Shown: one piece after another, positions 1-12,700 of the stretch
How positions within the stretch are numbered: position 1 is the first letter of the stretch
How the letters are laid out: every line of letters starts with the position of its first letter
Program-made: the position numbers and the translations under genes
Source of the DNA: Tubulanus polymorphus
Lineage: Eukaryota > Animalia > Nemertea
DNA length: 47,574 nucleotides
Reading direction: 5' to 3'
Assembly: GCF_964204645.1 (NCBI RefSeq)
Contig: NW_027437485.1
Coordinates: 1 to 47,574, forward strand
Notes under the pieces: generated by a model
Told to the model about the DNA's origin: nothing
Database searches by the model: none
What the model saw: only the letters and a program-made list of their open reading frames with translations

Positions 1-160
1 GGCCATATTTGTTATGTTGCTTCACTTCAACTGTTTTTTGAGGTGACTAGTCAAAAGTTTTGAGCTACTGCGATCGTCAAAAGCTACTTAGGATAACAAA
101 TTTATTCACAAACAATAGTAAACTTCCATCTGATTACAGAGCAGTCAGTTTGAGGTAAGT
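1..160 (+). other. Candidate non-coding first exon of LIG3 (5' end may lie outside the window)
   Basis: Consensus donor GAG|GTAAGT at 152-160 and a YY1-like GCCATATTT at 2-10. Coding exon 1 has an acceptor upstream of its ATG, so an upstream exon is expected. Confidence 0.4.
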
Positions 161-498
161 TGATGGTGTTTTAAAGGGTGAAATAGACGCTCAAAGCCTC
201 GTCCCTCAAAATGAGGGACGAAAATTAACCTTATATGAGCACTTTCGCCCTAGACGTTGTTTGAGGAACAACGGCTAGGTACTAGACTAAACCTACTCTT
301 TAATAACACTAGCGCCGCCCTGTGGATAGGTGACCCAAACTACAGTTAGACCCCTATATTTTTTAAATATGTCGACTTGGAGGCCATTTGATAACGTTTC
401 AAGATTGTAATCGGTAAGATAAAAATTCAAATTCAATACTTTCTGAGGAATATATTCATGACGGTTTTTGGTAGTTTAAAATACAATTCCTGTGATAA

Positions 499-890
499 GG
501 GGTCCTCAGTCCTTATTACTGAGATGACGTAATTTACCGAGATGACATGAAATATAGCATATTTATTTATTCCTTATCGATTTTAACACTTGAAATCATG
601 TTATATCAGTACTAGCTACCTTCTAGAGTCATAATTTTACATATTTTTCCGGATATTTTGTTAAAAAAATTTTGACTTCAAATACGTAATCTCGGTTAGC
701 AATAAGATTTCATTGAATTTGATTGATCAACGATCTCATCTCGGTAAAGTTAAAAGTTATTTTTCTATAAAAATATCCGACAAAATATGTAAAATATGAC
801 TCCAGCAGGTATTTATACTTATGTAATATGATTTCAAGAGTTAAAATCGATAAGGAATAAATAATTTTCTTTTTTTACAAAATATCCGGA
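499..890. mobile_element. Truncated paralog of the 44386 long-TIR element
   Basis: ccgagatgac..atatttatttattccttatcgattttaac and its inverted copy near 780-863. Confidence 0.65.
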
Positions 891-3188
891 AATTTTTAGC
901 CCTCTTGGCCCCAGCGGGCTATTGCGTTCACTTTTTGTCATTGAAAATCACGCGACGTTCACCGTGTATGTATCAGTACTAGATAATGCGCATTATGGAG
1001 CGGGTCGCGCGTAGGCTACAATCCACACGCTCGTTTTGTTAAAAAGGTCTTGAATTAGCAGAAGAAATATTATTCACGACTTTAACTAGGGCCTATAAAA
1101 AATTATCCTATTGTGAAACCATTAAAAACCTTAAAGTCGGTAAACTTAATTTCATCAGTAAGTAGTTTTAACCTCACCCTGTGCCAGTTTAGTTTTACGT
1201 TCGGATATTTTCACAAATATCCCATCCAATTATAAGCTTTAACCACCAACGATTAGATAACTACTGGTCAGTAACCGGCCTACGTGCCCTCATGGTAGTT
1301 GTTTTGTATCATTCTGCTGGATCTACCAAACACTCGTCAAGTCAAAGGTTCTCATAACCAATCTTTCTAAGATATCATTCAGGAGTTCTAATGAGACTGC
1401 AGGTAAATATTCATTCTGTTCCACTTGGTCGATCGTTAGACTAGCTCCAGGCCCTAAGGGTACAGCTAGCAGTTGGCCTTTGGTTCAGTTCGTGAACACC
1501 TTCATAACAACCGTGTTAACACGTGGATGTGAAGCTTGTACTCCATGGACTGCATGGTCATTGGCCTATGTCATGGGTTCTTGGCTATTGTGCCGAGAGC
1601 AGACTGTATCCGGTGGTCATGGTAAGTATAACTTGATAGTACATGGATTAAACATGCATCGATGGCTAAAATGATACCTCCGTTTCTCAACCCCTCTAAC
1701 CATATCTAAGGCAATATCAATCTATACCGACAACGATTTTGTTGATCGAGCTTAAACATTTCGAGCCTCGGGACCTTAGTTTTCAAACTTGCAGGAATGC
1801 CAACTGTTCCATTTTGCCTTAAATCTCTGTAATACCTTAAACTTGCATTTTATGTTGACTCTCATCTCTTTGTGTAACAGTGGGACTTCGTTTGGACCTG
1901 ACTTGCAAACGTGTTTGAAAAGCACACAGTGTGTAAGCCAGTTCGAGTTTTAATTTCTATTCTCCGTCGTCATGCTACGAAAAAGTTTCTTTCTAGTTTG
2001 TATTGTTTTGATAACAAGCTTTCTTTGAAGTTTCTTAGAGATCCCTTAAAATGGTTGATGAAGGTTGTGTTTTCATCTGGTTTAATTACGAAAAAAATAT
2101 TTTTTTCGTGATATTTCCATCTTAATTTTATTTGCAAAAAGTAAGGTTTCTCCCATCATTTGAATTCAACCCAATACAGTTTTCCCACTTATTTTTTCCG
2201 TTATATTTCCAAGATTCTACGTGAAAAATCTGTACTTCAACTAATTAAAAAGTCATTTGTAGTCATTCGGTCACGGGCTCAAAATTGAAATCATCAAATT
2301 TCTTAAAGTTGCTGTAGTTGACTGGGTCGGTAAATATCAGTGAATTCAGGTCAGCAGTGTCACAATCAACCCTGTTAAAGCTGTTTTGATTGTTTTTGAA
2401 TGGATGAAGCGAAGAAATATTGCCGTAAAAATGCTTTTCGTGGGGGTAAAAAGCGGCAGCCTTGAATGTGCTCCTCAAACGGCCTTGAATGGCCTTGAAT
2501 TTTGGTTGGTCTTGAGGCTATGAACCATGTGAAATTAATGGACGATCCTTTATTAGTGGAACGAATTCCACGATCAGCAGAAAGGTGTACTTTCGTGCTG
2601 GTCAACCCTTTGTTACCGTGCGTATATTGTAGACAGACTATTAAAGAGGTGTGCTCTACTATCGGAAGCGATCCTTTGTCGAACGTCTCTTAAAATCTGA
2701 ATCCAGACGAGGAGAATACTAACTATAGTATATTTTCGACAATCTGTCGTGGATATTATTTATTTAATGTATGTCAAAGCTCGCGACTTGCATGGCGGCC
2801 TTTTTGCTATAAATACAATAAACTTGGTCCATAGTTCATACTGCGAGTCCTTGCCATTAAACAGTGGAAGCCTAGCCACTCTGGGCCCATAACCCGTGAA
2901 AGACATATTTTCAGATAATCCTCTATCCTTAAGCGCATACTACGACTAATTTATTTCAACTAAAATACACTGGTTACAGATGTGATGAGAGTATAAAAAA
3001 AACTGGTAGGAATTAACCCTTTACGCTTAATCACATGATATCTCAACAAAACCCAGGGAACCCATTCCCTGTATCCGCCCCTGACACAAGTCACCTTGTT
3101 ATTCATAAATTATATATAATTTATATATATATATAGGCCTATATATTCTAACCTAATCTTGCTTGTCTTTTACAGAGAACGCCTTTGT

Positions 3189-3708
3189 ATGCTAGGCATT
3201 AGCTTAAGTAGTCCATTGAAGAGGAGTACAGCATCAATTTTTCTATGCATTCAGTCATTGAAAAGGACGAATTCACCAATCTTCATATCTTTTGGGGTGC
3301 AAAAACAAAGGCACTTTGAATACAGGACATTTTCTTGTTTTTACTCCCAAATCCAGAATATAAGGAAATTTTCATCATTGATAAAAGAACTAACAATAAT
3401 TAAAGAAGTTGATTACAAAACAATGGCTGACAATAGATACAGCTGCGATTACGCAAAGCGTAATACATCGGCATGTAAAAAATGCAAAGCAAAAATTGAC
3501 AAGGGCGAGCTGCGGTTGGCTAAATTAGTTGCTAATCCATTTTCCGATGGTGGTGGAGATATGAAACAGTACTTTCACCCATCGTGTATCTTTGAAACAT
3601 TTGTACGCGCTCGTGCAACAACTAAGAAAATCGAAGAGCCTGATGATCTGGAAGGATTCAGTGATCTCACTGATGCTGATAAAAATATCATCAAGAACCA
3701 CATAAATG
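3189..3708 (+). CDS. LIG3: LIG3 coding exon 1: presequence-like extension (ATG 3189), second ATG 3423, PARP-type zinc finger
   Basis: Acceptor ttttacag ends 3175. Encodes [33 protein letters not shown]. Donor G|gtaaat, phase 1. Confidence 0.93.
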
Positions 3709-6700
3709 GTAAATAGCAAGTTTCTATAGGCCAACAAAATTTTCAAAAAAGTATGATATCACATATTCTTTGGTTGTTTGAATAGATTCAGTGTCTTGCA
3801 AATGAATTTTCAACAGAAACACTTCAAAAGTATCCTTACAGCAGTATGCTTTGTGAAAATTGCAATTGGTTCCCATATTATCTAGGATAGTGGGAAAAGG
3901 TTTGGTTTTCATCTGGGTGACACTGTGGTTTGCTACTTTGCCAACTGGTATTTGCAAAATCTGACTTGATAATGTGGCTTAAATCTGTTGGAAATGGAAT
4001 TTTTGATATCGAGTCAAGAGTAATTGGAGAATTTTGTTGCCAATTTTTTAACAATTTCAAGTATTCGGTTTCGTAAAGCATCGACAAGGCTGATGTATGG
4101 GTCTATGGCATGGAATTGATGTAAAATAACTGCTCCCTCAGTCGGTAAATTCCTTTAAAAATCTCCAACTCATAGTACTAGTAGTAACAATTACACCACC
4201 TGATCGATGGACATTGAATTTGTTCAAACGTTGGGTCATCATCAAATTCTAGTTTATTTAATTTATATATCTCAGATCTAATGGTAAAAATAAATTCCTC
4301 TCCCAAGAAAAAGTTAGCTGCTAAGTCAAAACAGACACCTAGTAAACCGACCAAGACAGATGCTGGTAAGTCTATTATATGTCTAAATCCAAGATCAATC
4401 AAGTGGATTTATGCGCATATTTTTTATGGATTTATTCGGACATCATTTACAGTTAATGTACAGTTTTGAATTTTTGTTTTACATGAACGTTTGGAAAGTG
4501 CATGTTGGAAAAATGCTCTTGCATATAAAAAATAAAATTGCAATGACCTTGATTCGGGGCTTCGTCTCTAAAAGCGAATGTGAAAATGGCTGTTTTGGAG
4601 ATATATGGGAAATTCTGAGAATTCCGGCCCTACTGACAGATGTGATTATGAGAAAGCCACAAAATGGCGAGCATTTCATTGACCTCAGTACAGATGCAAA
4701 TTCCAAATGCTCAGCTTGTGAGAATATATTTTTATAGGCAGTCGGTATTGTTTCATCTAATATCCGTAGTTTGTTTTGATTGATCGTAGAAGTGTAAGCG
4801 AACCTTCACTTACACTTAATGTGCACAAGTTCTAATCAATGGACTGTAAGTGTTACACATTCTCAACACTATCATATAGTGATACTGTATAACACTGCTT
4901 GCTAACGAGCGCATGAATGCATTGTTTCAACTGGCGTTAAAATAAAGATTTTTTGATAAAGTAATTATAGTTTATCATGAATTATCATTACCAGGGTCCC
5001 TAAGACTCCTTGAAAACACCTTCTAAACCAAAAATATTTTTCAAGGTCCTTGAATATCATTGAATTTGAGCAAAATTCCAAAAGTCTTCAAAAACTCCTT
5101 AAATTTTAAGAAATTGGCAATACAAACGAATAACTAGGCCTAAAACCTAAAAATTTTCTTATTATAAGAAATTGTTTTAGGCCTAGTTATTATACACACA
5201 GATTCCACCGAATTAAATGGTTTACTGAGATAAACAGTATCGATTTAGGAGAAGTTGACAGTAATTGGGATATGAAAATGATGCATCCACTCCTTAATAT
5301 TTGAAAATCTCCTTGAAAAGTCCTTGAATTCTGGAATGACTGATCTGTAGGAGCAGAAGATGAGCACTGTGTTTTAGCCCACTTGGGACTTTAGTCCCTG
5401 CGGGCTATTGCGTTCACTTTTCGTCCTTCGTCCGTCGTAGCGTTCGTCCGTCCGTAGACGGAATCCAGTTATTTTGGGAAGTTTTGAAGACGCTTCAAGG
5501 TAATGTCTTGATATTTGGGTTACACATGTATCTACCCTAGACACATCTTTAGCCCAAAAACTGGCCCTGTCAGTTTCAAGATGGCCGACTGGCAGCCATT
5601 GTTGTTCGCCAAAATCAGCACTTTTTACACATTTTTGAACTTTTTGATGGAAATTTTAAAGACGCTTTGATCAATTACCTTGATCTTTTGGATATATGTG
5701 AATCCCCCAGGGCCCATCAGCATAACAAAAATTGGGTCGATCGGACTCAAGATGGCCGTCCTATGACGTTGAATGTGGTCAGCAGGGGGCGTTAAATAGT
5801 AGAATAACTTAGTATTTCCATATTAAATTGGTAACGAGGCATATTTTGTTATCACAATCAATTACAAAATCGTAGCTGTTGACATGATCTATGATTGTGG
5901 TGAGTTTCAAGGTCATTGGTTCTTGTATATGGTCACCAAGGGGCGTTGAATATTGAAATTGTTGGATTGTTGAGCATTTGGAACCACTAATTTTCATAGG
6001 CAATGCCCTTGCCAGACAAACTTCATTTTTCAAGGTAAACCACTTGCGCGTAGGCCTATGGATTCCCAATATTGTATTGTTCTCATCAATTTTCCTTCAT
6101 GCATTTCTACCATTAGCGTTGTACCTGTGCAGCAGATAAGATATGTCTGATCTGGATTTTTCTCAAATGTTATCAAAATTCATCAGTTCAAATGATTAAG
6201 AGTATTAAATCTAGGCCTATATCTTGTACGAATTTTCAAAATTTTGGCTTTTTTCTATTCAGCTGTTCCAAGTACTTCCTTAGGAAAGCCTTCTCATGAA
6301 TCTGTGGAGAAAATGAATCCAGCTGCCTTGAATGAAGCCAACGAAAAAGACAATTCCTTTCGTTTGTATCGTCAACTTTGTGCTAATATTGCTGATGAAA
6401 GCAGCTATATTGGCAAAACCCGTATTGTATCAGATTATTTGACCAAAGGAAATAGTGGCAATGGGTTTAAAGGTGACACTCATCTTCTCTTAAAACTCTT
6501 GCTTCCTGGTGCCGTGAAGAGAGTTTACAATATAAACAGTAAACAACTCGTCAAACTTTTCAGTCAGGTTGGTATATTCAATTACAATATTATGTCTAGT
6601 GTCCTCTGATTTTTAGCCCACTTGGGATGAAGTCCCAGCCAGCTATTGTGTTCACTTTTTGTCCATTAATTGACAGAATCAGGTTCGATTGCGTCAACTT

Positions 6701-9700
6701 GTGGCCATTTTGGTTTGGCAAAATCAGCACATTTTTAAAGTTTTAATGGGAAATTTTGAAGAGGCTCGAGCAATTGTGTTGAGGTTTGGTATGCATATGT
6801 ATACCCCTTGAGCCAAGCATCACAAGAAAAATTGGGTCGATCTAAAAACAAGATGGCTGTCTTGTGACCTTTGTGGTTAATAGCAGTCATTTTGGTCTGA
6901 TTTCTTAGGCATCTAGCTTCTACATGCTTTGTCATTTTATACTGAAATTAGAGGTTAATGTAGGCCTATCAGACATGTTTTGGATCAGTCGATTTTGAAG
7001 CAGCCTACCTTAGATAAGATGGAGCTGATTTGATTCCATTCACTTCACTTACTGAAGTGCTATGCGGGGAAGCACTTAGGCTGCACTTCTTAGCTTGGCT
7101 TGACCTTTCTTATAAAATCTGAACCAACCATGTAGAACCTTAATTGTGCTATGATGATCTCTCTTCAGATATTTGGAGAAGATCAATCTGCAATGTTAGA
7201 CGATCTGGACAATGGAGATGTTGCCGAAACAATCAAAGTTTTCTTTGAAAAAAGTACCAATATTCAATGTGCAAAAAAGAGTTTTTTATCAATTCAGGAT
7301 GTAGGTGTGCATGTAATCTAATCAAACACGCATATTAAATTAGCCGTTATTTGGTAATTTTCAATTTAGATGCATCTATTGCCACAGGTTGACAAAATCC
7401 TTGATGAAATGTCGAATGTTACAAAAGAGGATGACCAGCAACGAGTATTAACAAGTATGGCAAAGAGGTATGATTAAGAAAAGTTTATTTCTTGATGGCT
7501 GTAATTCTCCAGTTATTGATAAATCAATTGACCTAAAAATGAAATTATAATCAATTCACTCCATGCTCGAAAAGAACTGCCTACGCTGCATGTTGTTCAA
7601 ACATGCAATACGGTTCTGCAACTATACGTGCTATGAGTTGAACAATTGCTGCCAAGTGACAGAATAATGCGCCTTGCATCACCTGGTGGTGCTTTATTGT
7701 GTACCTCTAATGATGTTCACGTTGCTGTCCCCATTACATGGCTTCAATTTCATTCCATCTATACAATGCCATACCTACCAACCCCAGTATTGCCTCCACC
7801 ACGGAGTGCGCATTCATAGCTTTATTTTGTAATTGATATTTTGTACTGATTTGAAAAATAGGTTTATCTAGTTTACACTTTTGTGGATTTTTGGGCAGCA
7901 TGTTCTTCATGGATCAGGTTGGAGAAATATTTCAACAAATACCTAAGTTGAATGGATTTTGAATTGAATGGATCTGACTCAAGTAGAGTCTACTGAAATT
8001 TTCCTATTTATTATGATGGTGACACTCATGGGTGATAGTGAAATTATGGTTTAAGAAATTATGTTTCAATCTTCCATCATGTGTGTAATATATTTTTCCA
8101 AAAATATGTATGATTTCCATTGTAGATCCACAGCAAATGATTTAAAGATGATCATTCGACTTATAAAACATGATCTTCGCATTAACGCTGGTGCAAAACA
8201 TATGTAAGTACATTGATTTGGTATAAGTCAATATGCTTTGATCATTGTATACAGGTAGTGATGAATCGTCTGATTCAGATGGCACTACTATTATTACCAG
8301 TGTCCCAATTCCCAGAATTATGATAATGGTTCAGATACTGTGGGAATTTACTGTGTTGGACCAATTTCAAAAGACCTATCAGTTAACCGGCCATTTATTG
8401 TCATAAGTTATGGCAATAAAGATACTGTTATTATGAAATCTAACAAAAACTTAAAGACAGGCATGCAATGATAAATGATAAGCTTTCAGCTCAAAACTGG
8501 ACCCTTGATCATAATGAGAGTTAGGAATTAGTGTCTAATATTAGTTCTATAATCGACTAGGTGTCCCCAGTAGTGAGGAATGAATTAGTGTATTGGAACC
8601 TCTGAGTGTTGCCTTCTCTTTTTAGTCCAGATGAGTCATCTTCCTTTGGCTGCAGTAACCTGAAATATGAATTGTCAGTTAAATTAAGGTTTTTAATTCT
8701 AATTTCAGTCTAGAAGGTTTGGATCCAAATGCATATGATGCATTCCAAGCTTCAAGAAATCTGAAAGATGTAGTTGATCGTGTTTTATATAACAGACAAG
8801 AGGCGAATGGTAGACATGGATTGGTGAAAAAGCTTAGTGTCAAAGCATCATTAATGACACCTATTCTTCCAATGCTGGTTAGTTATTGTTTTTGGAGGCA
8901 ACTTCTGAGTGCAACTGGTTAGGGATGAGTTATTGGATCCACTTTTTGCGAGCAGATTCTATCACAAGTTTTGCCCCTAAGCACCTTCATGGTGCTGCCA
9001 TTTACAAATACTTACTGCTACTCATTACTGAGTAGCATTCAGCACTCATTACTGCTTACATTTCACAGGAAAGATTGTTATGTATTTATGTAACATTATC
9101 GTTAAAAGTAAAATCTATCATAGGCTACACTTGATCTTTTAACTCAATAGCTATGTATGAGAGAAATTCCCTTAGTAGAATACATTTCTGAAAGCTCTTG
9201 ACAAGCTTTCAAAATGATACCAAGTGAGCTTACTTAGGGGGTGACCTTTATGGTCTGATCCCCTGGAGAGAATCCTCCATTGGTCATCCAGATTGTTGGG
9301 CCAGCCATCTCGTCACTAATCATTCTTTCCAAGACACCCCCTTTGCTAGACATCGTAGGCTGTCTGGTATTGCCATCTATTCAATGGAAAATGGGCTAGA
9401 ACGCTTCACAGAAAGAAATTGATACCTGACTTAGACTGAACATACCTGGGCTGGGTTTCATAGATGTGGAAGAAAAATAGTCCCTGGGAACATTTTGAAA
9501 TTCGTCAGTTATAACCATAGTTTCTCATTGTTACTATGATGGTTGTCATCCAGATTGAGGATTTACCCCTAGGGATAACTTTGATACTCAGTCTTTGAAA
9601 CTAGGCCCTGGTCTATTCAAATTTGTTGCTTCCGATTGCCAGTTTGGGTTAAACAAAGATTGCCACTATCCTTTTGCCCTTTAAGGAGAAGATATGTGAA

Positions 9701-12700
9701 CTGACACTTGTAGCATTCTCTATCGTAATATTATATTGCCTATCCGATCTTCTTGATGCTTTCGGAATGAATCAATTTGCCAATATGCTAGGGGCAGTAC
9801 ATGAATTATAGTATCACAGAAAGTGACTCATTTCAATTAAGAGAAAATCTCAATTCCCAACTCGCTATACATGTATCTGCACGAAAAGCCAGCAACGGCC
9901 ACTTGTAAAATGTTTGTCGGTTTGTAAAATTGATTTTATTAGGACTGTCCTGTAGGCACCTTCTATGCCTATTGTTTTGGCAAAACATTCACAAATGTCA
10001 GGATACGAATTTGGTTGATTTTGATTGCTATCGATACAACACTACCTTTTGTCAGTCAATTCCGCTGATTCAATTGAATTAAGATTAATCATGCCATTAC
10101 TGAAGTGACTGATTTATTCATAGGCTGAAGCATGCAAGTCAATTGATTATGCTATGAAGAAATGTCCAAATGGAATGTACTCTGAAATCAAGTATGATGG
10201 TGAAAGAGTTCAGGTTCACAAAAATGGAGATAGTTTTCAATATTTCAGTCGTAGTTTGAAACCCGTTCTTCCACATAAAGTAAGTTGTGTAACTATGATG
10301 ATGAACTAATGCCATTATCATGGGCTTGCATGCTTGCAAGCCCATATTGCTATCACACGGATTGATAACTTGCTTGGGGAGTCGATAACTTTCATTAAAA
10401 ACTTTTTTGGGCTCTGATATTTACACACATTTAATGCAGTAATAAAATCTAGGTTCCTTTCGCATATTGGCTATACCCGGTAACGGTTGTCCTTTTCATT
10501 GTTTTATGATTTTGTTAAATCATTTTTGTTATTTCAGCAGCGCATACCAACCTTGGTTGAGCGTGTGTGATCAGGCTTGAAATTGGTATTCATGCACGGC
10601 ATAGTGCTGTTGACAATTCAATTCATTCTTTATTGACACAATTAAAATTTCACAATAAAACATTTACTTTCATGTTTTTAGCCCACTTGGGACTTCAGTC
10701 CCATCGGGCTATTGCGTTCAATTTTCGTCTGTCGTCCGTCTCGTCATAGCGTCTGTCCGTCCGTAGACGGAATTCAGTTATTTTGGATAGTTTTGAAGTT
10801 GTTCAAGGTAATGTCTTGATATTTGGTTTATACATGTATCTACCCTAGACACATATTCAGTCCGAAACTGGCCCTGTCAAATTTAAGATGGCCAACTGGC
10901 AGCCATTGTTGTTCGCCAAAATCTGCGCTTTTTACACAGTTTCGAAGTTTTCATGGGAAACTTTGAAGACGCTTTTATCAATTGCCTTGATCATTCTTAT
11001 ATATTGATATCCCCCAAGGGTCCATCAGCATGAGAAAAATTGGGTCGATCGGACTCAAGATGGCTGTCCTGTGACCTTTTTTGTGCCAAAAAATTCCAAT
11101 TTTTAACGGAATTTTGAGTCCTGTGGCTTCCTAATGGTTTGCCATTTTTCATTCAATTTGTGATGGGTATTCTTTAGAAAAGGATCTTTTGTATCCGAGA
11201 CAGGTATATTTGATCAAGCAATTATGACCCAATTGGCGGCCATCTTGGTGTCATCAGTACTCATGCGTAGGTGGGAGAAAGTTTTCCACATTATATTGAG
11301 ACTTAAACATATTTTGTTACCACAATCAATTGGGAAGATGCAGCTCATGACATGGTCTATGATCATGGGGGTTTCAAGGCCATTGGTTTTTGCATTGAAT
11401 AATGGGGGCGTTGAACAATGCAATAACTTAGTACTTCCATGGTTCCTACAGCCCCTAGAATTCCTAAAATACCCTAAAATTCTGGCTTTGATATCGCAGG
11501 CCCCTAAAATACCTCAAAATTCTGGAAATCATGTGTGTAAAGAAATTTTATGACCATTTTTTAATGTGATGCTATATGTAAAACATCATCATTGCAGGCT
11601 ATTATATTCCTTTGAATTGTGTCAAAGTCAGTAGCTCAATTCAACTGATTGTTTCGGCTGGTCATTGTAGATGTAATTAAGTAAAGTGCAAGCACCCAAA
11701 TACAAATGGCCTATTGAATTGTACTGGCTGGTCAAGGAGATAGTGAGACTATCAATCACCTCCTGCTTATTGTTCTAGAAAGCACTAGTTAAATACAGTT
11801 GTAGGTAAAAATCCCCTAGGTAAAAATCCCCAAATATTCAAAGTAGGTAAAAATCCCCACTTGTTGATTTTCAAGAAATTTCAAAGCAAGATGTTTCTCT
11901 TAAGTTAACTCTTTGCATAAAATGAATTGTTAGAATTAATTTAAGAATATTGAACTTTTTATTTGTTATATCTTAAAATTCGAACTGGGATGATATTTTG
12001 AACTGTGAACTCTAGTTAACTCGTGGTATATTTCAGCTGTGCGATGCCATGAATTATTAGAAATAATGAACTTTTAGTTTCAAATATTTTAGATTCAAGC
12101 TAGTGTAATATAGGCTATTTGAAATGTGCGATGAACCCTTTCATTACTGTGTGATCGCTTTATGTACAAATTGAGTATTAATGAACTGTTAATTTGGAGT
12201 GTTTTAATTCAAATAGTATATAATATAGTTTGTATGCTCATGATATACTTATGATGTTCCACAGTAAAATATGAATAAATTGAATATATGTATCAATTAA
12301 TATGAATTAATTGACCTTAAGATTCTATCTACTTAGACTGCGTTCAAAAGGAGGGGGGATTTTTACCTACTTTGAAGAATTGGGGATTTTTACCGCTAAC
12401 CGTTAAATACTGGTCATATAAGCCATGTTCACCCTACCACTAGTTAGACTTGTCTAAATGTACCTGGTCCAGTCCAAATCTGAGGGGCATTCACACACGC
12501 ATTGCTACATATTGTTATGACTGGGCCCACAAGATGTCGCCATATTAGTTCAGTATTTACCCTGAAATTTACAAGTTACAAGTTTCCAACCATAGACTTC
12601 AGAGCCGTCGGAAGGAATTTTTCAGTGGCGAGGCTTATTTCTGAAGGGTGGTCTGGGGGCCCTCCCCTAGAAAAATTTTTAAAATTCAATCGCCGGAGAT

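Noticed and set aside
135-180. Spliced-leader RNA (AGTTTGAG|GTAA resembles the nematode SL1 3' end)
   Set aside because: Only about 8 nt match, with no clear Sm site or stem-loops; an ordinary donor explains it.
1260-2700. Decayed transposase suggested by fragments such as GTVGIP (minus) and YCFDN (plus)
   Set aside because: The fragments are on opposite strands with no coherent DDE motif order; a translated search would be needed.
3159-3188. ORF-track start of LIG3 at TTG 3159
   Set aside because: It lies in the polypyrimidine tract upstream of the acceptor at 3175; the first ATG is at 3189.
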